DNA from: an uncultured Chloroflexia bacterium
GTDB taxonomy: Bacteria; Chloroflexota; Limnocylindria; QHBO01
Assembly (NCBI GenBank): GCA_963814375.1
Contig: CAWFCQ010000008.1
Coordinates: forward strand, 416,001 to 480,000
Length of the DNA stretch: 64,000 nucleotides
Direction of reading: 5' to 3'
Part shown: piece by piece, positions 60,317 to 64,000 of the stretch
Position numbering within the stretch: position 1 is the stretch's first letter
Layout of the letters: the number at the start of each line of letters is the position of its first letter
Position numbers and translations under genes: made by a program
The notes under the pieces: generated by a model
Told to the model about the DNA's origin: nothing
What the model saw: the letters and a program-made list of their open reading frames with translations, nothing else
Database searches by the model: none

Positions 60317-60775
60317 ATGACTGACACGAAGAAGCCCGCCAAGGGCAAGGCTGGTCGGGCAACGCCCGCCGAGGGATGGACGGCCGAAGAGAAGGCCGCG
60401 ATGAAGGAGCACAACCGAGAGCTGAAGGCGGCTCGCTCCGCGGAAGAAGCAGCCACCGAACTGCTCGCGAAGATTGCCGAAATGCCTGAACCGGATCGTG
60501 GCATGGCCGAGCGGATCCACGCCGTCGTCATGAAAAGCGCGCCCGATCTTGCTCCGAAGACCTGGTACGGGATGCCGGCGTATTACCGGGACGGCCAGGC
60601 CGTCTGCTTCTTCCAGCCCGCAGCGAAGTTCAAGGCGCGCTACGCGACCTTCGGCTTCAACGACTCGGCGACCCTGGACGACGGCGCCATGTGGGCAACC
60701 TCCTGGGCGCTGACCAAGCTGACGGCCGCGGACGAGAAGAAAATCGGCGAGCTCGTGAAGAAGGCCGTGAGCTGA
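60317..60775 (+). CDS. DUF1801 family protein
   Basis: APKTWYGMPAY, FKARYATFGF. Confidence 0.85.
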   Translation: MTDTKKPAKGKAGRATPAEGWTAEEKAAMKEHNRELKAARSAEEAATELLAKIAEMPEPDRGMAERIHAVVMKSAPDLAPKTWYGMPAYYRDGQAVCFFQPAAKFKARYATFGFNDSATLDDGAMWATSWALTKLTAADEKKIGELVKKAVS

Positions 60776-61203
60776 TGATCGCAAGTCTGCAGGTGACGAC
60801 CATCTACGTCCTCGAGAAGGACGAGGCGCTCGACTTCTACGTCAACAAGCTCGGCCTCGAAGTGGGTGATGACTTCAAGCAGGGCTCCTACCGATGGCTC
60901 ACGGTGCGCGTGCCCGGTGACTCGGTCACCTCGATCTCACTCGAGGAGCCTGGCCCGCCGCTCCACGACGACGCGACCGGGGCGCAGATTCGCGAGCTGG
61001 TCACCAAGGGCGCCATGAACGGCCTCGTCTTCAAGACTGACGACATCAGGGGGCTGTTCGAGAACCTCAAGGCGAACGGCGTGACCGACTTCACGCAGGA
61101 GCCGACGGAACACTTCTACGGCACCGACATGGGCATCCGCGACCCGTTCGGCAACGCCATTCGGATTCTTCAGCAGGGCGACGCCCAAGAGGCAACCGCC
61201 TGA
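60775..61203 (+). CDS. VOC family protein
   Basis: ALDFYVNKLGL, RWLTV, RDPFGN. Confidence 0.9.
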   Translation: MIASLQVTTIYVLEKDEALDFYVNKLGLEVGDDFKQGSYRWLTVRVPGDSVTSISLEEPGPPLHDDATGAQIRELVTKGAMNGLVFKTDDIRGLFENLKANGVTDFTQEPTEHFYGTDMGIRDPFGNAIRILQQGDAQEATA

Positions 61204-61226
61204 ATCCGACCCACTGACCCGATGCG

Positions 61227-62030
61227 TTACGCGCGGTCCGCCGCTTCTGCGCCACCAGGAGACGGATCCGACGTGACGCTCGCCTGGCGGAACAGCAGGG
61301 CCGATGCGACCCAAGCTGCGATGAAGAACGCGTCCGCCCGCAGCTCCGGGCCGAGCCCCGCGACGAGCGCGATGACGGCGACCAGCGCCTGGGCTGCCGC
61401 GGTGGCGAACATCGCGATCGATGCCTCACGCGGCTCGAAGCGGGCGATCGCCGCGCCGATGAGTGCGACGGCGAGCACCCCGAGGTACATCAGGTTCGCC
61501 GGGTTGCCCTCGTCTCCGATCATGCCGACCGCGAGGTTGACCCAGATGAGGAGCAGCCCGGCGCCGACGGCGATGGCGACGGCGACCCGGTGCGCTGTGT
61601 TTCGTCCGCGGCTCGCGGCGAACTCGTAGAGAAGGCCTGCGCCAAGCACAAGGACGCCGACGATCGCGAAGTCCATCGGGCCCCAGTTCACGCCGTCCGT
61701 GCCGGATCCCGGATCCGGGATGCCGAGCTGGAGCACCATCGCGAGGAACGGCACGGCCAGCACGGCAGCGGTGATGAGGACCCAGCGAATGACGGTCCTG
61801 GTCTGCGTGAGCTGCGTCATGTTCTCCCTCAGGATGTGTGAGGAGGTCTCCGCGAACGTCGCGAGGGCGAAGCCGAGGAGGCCGCGATGCTCATCGGTCC
61901 GCTCGCGGCAGAGGTCGGTGAACGTCTGCGCCATCGGCTCGGCGAAGCGCTCCCGAAATGGTTTCGGGTAGAGGCGGACGAGGCGCCGATACCAGCGGCG
62001 GTATCGGCCGATCGTGCGGTCAGACTGCAT
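61227..62030 (-). CDS. PadR-associated membrane protein
   Basis: YRRLVRLYP..FRERF..M N-terminus followed by TMs. Confidence 0.75.
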   Translation of the reverse strand: MQSDRTIGRYRRWYRRLVRLYPKPFRERFAEPMAQTFTDLCRERTDEHRGLLGFALATFAETSSHILRENMTQLTQTRTVIRWVLITAAVLAVPFLAMVLQLGIPDPGSGTDGVNWGPMDFAIVGVLVLGAGLLYEFAASRGRNTAHRVAVAIAVGAGLLLIWVNLAVGMIGDEGNPANLMYLGVLAVALIGAAIARFEPREASIAMFATAAAQALVAVIALVAGLGPELRADAFFIAAWVASALLFRQASVTSDPSPGGAEAADRA

Positions 62031-62379
62031 CGGTGAAGGCGTTCGGGGTGAGGCGCTTCTCCGTCGCAACGGCGACGACCTCGCGGTATCGGTCCAGCTC
62101 GGCGCTGAGCGCCCTCCGTCCGAGGCCGGTTAGCGTGTAGTAGATCCGTCGTTCGTCGTCCATCGCGGGGTCGACGCGCTTTTCGGTCTCCCGGATGAGC
62201 CCGGCCGTCATCATCCGGCCCAAAGACCCGTAAAGCGTCCCGGGGCCCATCTTCACCTTGCCATGCGACTCTCGCTCGGCCTGCTTCATGATCCCGTATC
62301 CATGCCGCTCCTCGGTGGAGAGCGCGAGCAGGATGTGAAGCACAGCCGGAGTCAGGGGAGCGTGCTTGTTGTTCTTCAC
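62020..62379 (-). CDS. PadR family regulator
   Basis: HILLAL, HGYGIM, GPGTLY, RRIYYTLT. Confidence 0.92.
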   Translation of the reverse strand: MKNNKHAPLTPAVLHILLALSTEERHGYGIMKQAERESHGKVKMGPGTLYGSLGRMMTAGLIRETEKRVDPAMDDERRIYYTLTGLGRRALSAELDRYREVVAVATEKRLTPNAFTDAV

Positions 62380-62393
62380 CCGTCCTCCCGCAC

Positions 62394-62440
62394 TATATCC
62401 GTGACGGAGGCATCATATATCCGTTACCGATATAGGTCAA
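62394..62440 (-). promoter_or_regulatory. Sigma70 promoter with duplicated PadR operators
   Basis: TTGACC-17-TATGAT on minus strand; tatatccgttaccgatata at 62416-62434 and tatatccgtgacgga at 62394-62408. Confidence 0.75.
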
Positions 62441-62458
62441 GCCGAGTGGCTCCCATCA

Positions 62459-62875
62459 TCAGCCAGATGTCTCGTGATATCGAGTGATCTGCCGCTGCAC
62501 CGCTGAGGCGTCGAACCAGGCATTCTCATAGCAGATGAGCCCGTCCCGGATCTCGAACACGTGGAGCATGCGGACCTCGACCGGCGCACCGCCGCCGTTC
62601 ATGCCCGCCCAGGCTCCGTGGACGTGGCCGGTGATGATCGACTCGTCGACGACATAGCGACCGCCCTCGCCGGTGAACCTCCTGACCGAGGTCAGCGTGA
62701 CGTCGGGGATGGCCTCGATGATCCCGGAGTACACCCGCGCCACGTCGTCCTTGCCCCGAAACGGAGAGTCGGGATGGGTGACGTCGTCCCAGACGATGTC
62801 ATCGGTGTACGTGTCGAGCGTCGCCTGCACGTCGTGCGCGTTCTCGGCCGCGAAATGGCGATCGATGATGTCCAT
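62459..62875 (-). CDS. SnoaL/NTF2-like (ester cyclase) protein
   Basis: HFAAENAHD...DDIVWDD...HVFEIRDGLI. Confidence 0.85.
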   Translation of the reverse strand: MDIIDRHFAAENAHDVQATLDTYTDDIVWDDVTHPDSPFRGKDDVARVYSGIIEAIPDVTLTSVRRFTGEGGRYVVDESIITGHVHGAWAGMNGGGAPVEVRMLHVFEIRDGLICYENAWFDASAVQRQITRYHETSG

Positions 62876-62951
62876 CGGTTCCTCTCAGCGATGCCGGACG
62901 ATCTTGCACCAACCTCGGGCTCGTGGGGACTGCGCGGTAGGATGCCGGGGC

Positions 62952-63353
62952 ATGGCTGCTCCGGAGCCGATTCCCCCGGATCTCTTCCTCGCTGGCTATC
63001 CGCCCGACATCCGTGACATCGCGGATCGGCTTCGCGCCGTGGTCCGCGAGGCTGTGCCCGAGGCGATCGAGCGCGTCCGAACGGGCTGGCGGCTGATCGG
63101 CTACGACGTGCCCGTCGGCCGGCGGAGCCGATACTTCGCCTTCGTCGCGCCCGAGCCGGAGCACGTCCATCTCGGCTTCGAGTACGGCGTCTGGATGACC
63201 GATCCGGACGGCATGCTGCGCGGCGCCCACCTGGACCTCAAGAAGGTCCGATACGTCACGTACGAGCCCGGCGACCCAATTCCGACCGATGCTCTCGTGC
63301 GCTTCACGATCGAGGCGGCCGAGCTCGCCGCGATGGGCAGCTACGTCCGGTAG
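62952..63353 (+). CDS. DUF1801 family protein
   Basis: LRAVVREAVP...GW..IGY...HVHLGFEYG. Confidence 0.8.
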   Translation: MAAPEPIPPDLFLAGYPPDIRDIADRLRAVVREAVPEAIERVRTGWRLIGYDVPVGRRSRYFAFVAPEPEHVHLGFEYGVWMTDPDGMLRGAHLDLKKVRYVTYEPGDPIPTDALVRFTIEAAELAAMGSYVR

Positions 63354-63985
63354 GACTCCATCAGCTCGACCAGCTCGCGCGGGCGGCTCAAGGCGATCGT
63401 GTGGCCGGCGTCCAGCTCGTCCGGCTCGATCCCGAGCCGATCCCGGACGACGCCTCGTAGCCACTCGGCCGGGAAGAACCGGTCGTTCCGACCGATGATG
63501 ACGTGGGTGGGCACCTCTGGCCAGGACTCGAGCGGCCATGGCTCGCGGCTGGTCGCCTCGGATTGCTTCCGCTCCCGCGACTTCGCCTGGGCAGCGAGCT
63601 CCGGGTCGACATCGTGGTAGAACGCGTCCGCTTCGCCTTGCGGAAACTTCCAGCCGGTGGCCTTCCACATCTCTTCGTCGGTCTCGCCCGGTCGCGGGAT
63701 CATCGGTGCCACGAGCACGAGGCGATCGGCCTTCGCGCGGTCCGCGACGACGGGGGCGATGTAGCCACCCCACGACTGCCCGACCACGATCAGCTCGCCG
63801 CCGTGATGGACCTTGTCGATGGCGTCGACCACGGCCTGCGCGTTGTCGAGCAGGCTGGCGCCGTCGTCCTCGATCGGGAGGTCCGGCGCGACGCTTCGGT
63901 GCCCTCGCTTCTCGAGCTCGCGCTCGACGAGGTGCCAATACCAACCAACGTCATAGGCCCCGTGGATCAGCGCGTAGGTCGCCAC
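63341..63985 (-). CDS. Alpha/beta hydrolase
   Basis: LIHGA, GQSWGG, DAGH. Confidence 0.88.
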   Translation of the reverse strand: MATYALIHGAYDVGWYWHLVERELEKRGHRSVAPDLPIEDDGASLLDNAQAVVDAIDKVHHGGELIVVGQSWGGYIAPVVADRAKADRLVLVAPMIPRPGETDEEMWKATGWKFPQGEADAFYHDVDPELAAQAKSRERKQSEATSREPWPLESWPEVPTHVIIGRNDRFFPAEWLRGVVRDRLGIEPDELDAGHTIALSRPRELVELMESYRT

Positions 63986-64000
63986 GCGACCATGAACGGC

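Noticed and set aside
1-64000. tRNA, rRNA, riboswitch, transposase or prophage
   Set aside because: None recognised by eye; covariance-model searches were not possible.

Overview
Very high-GC bacterial window; gene content suggests a soil or sediment Chloroflexota or Actinomycetota-like genome (inference). Scattered indels (dense at about 4.8-13.2 kb) look like long-read or assembly errors. Left part: a NarX/NarL-type two-component pair, two small unknown genes, and a single frameshifted ~8.1-kb gene for a secreted subtilase followed by Ig-like domains, 16 Cys-paired PKD-like repeats and a PxKF-type C-terminus. Middle: peptidases, an F420-dependent LLM enzyme, an ECF/anti-sigma pair, a hybrid kinase-receiver-class III cyclase operon with non-canonical specificity residues, an AlkZ-like glycosylase and a tctCBA transporter. 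From about 31 kb on: a dense array of detox/stress genes (VOC, DHFR-like, alpha/beta-hydrolases, GNAT, PadR, ArsR-SRPBCC, EXLDI-ABC, ECF41, ECF42). Non-coding signals read from the sequence: two fold-back intergenic elements that share a 50-bp-spaced 4-motif architecture, five CGATGA-N18-GTC promoters, back-to-back ECF41 promoters, several operators and many leaderless-type starts. No rRNA, tRNA, CRISPR, transposase or integrase was recognised.
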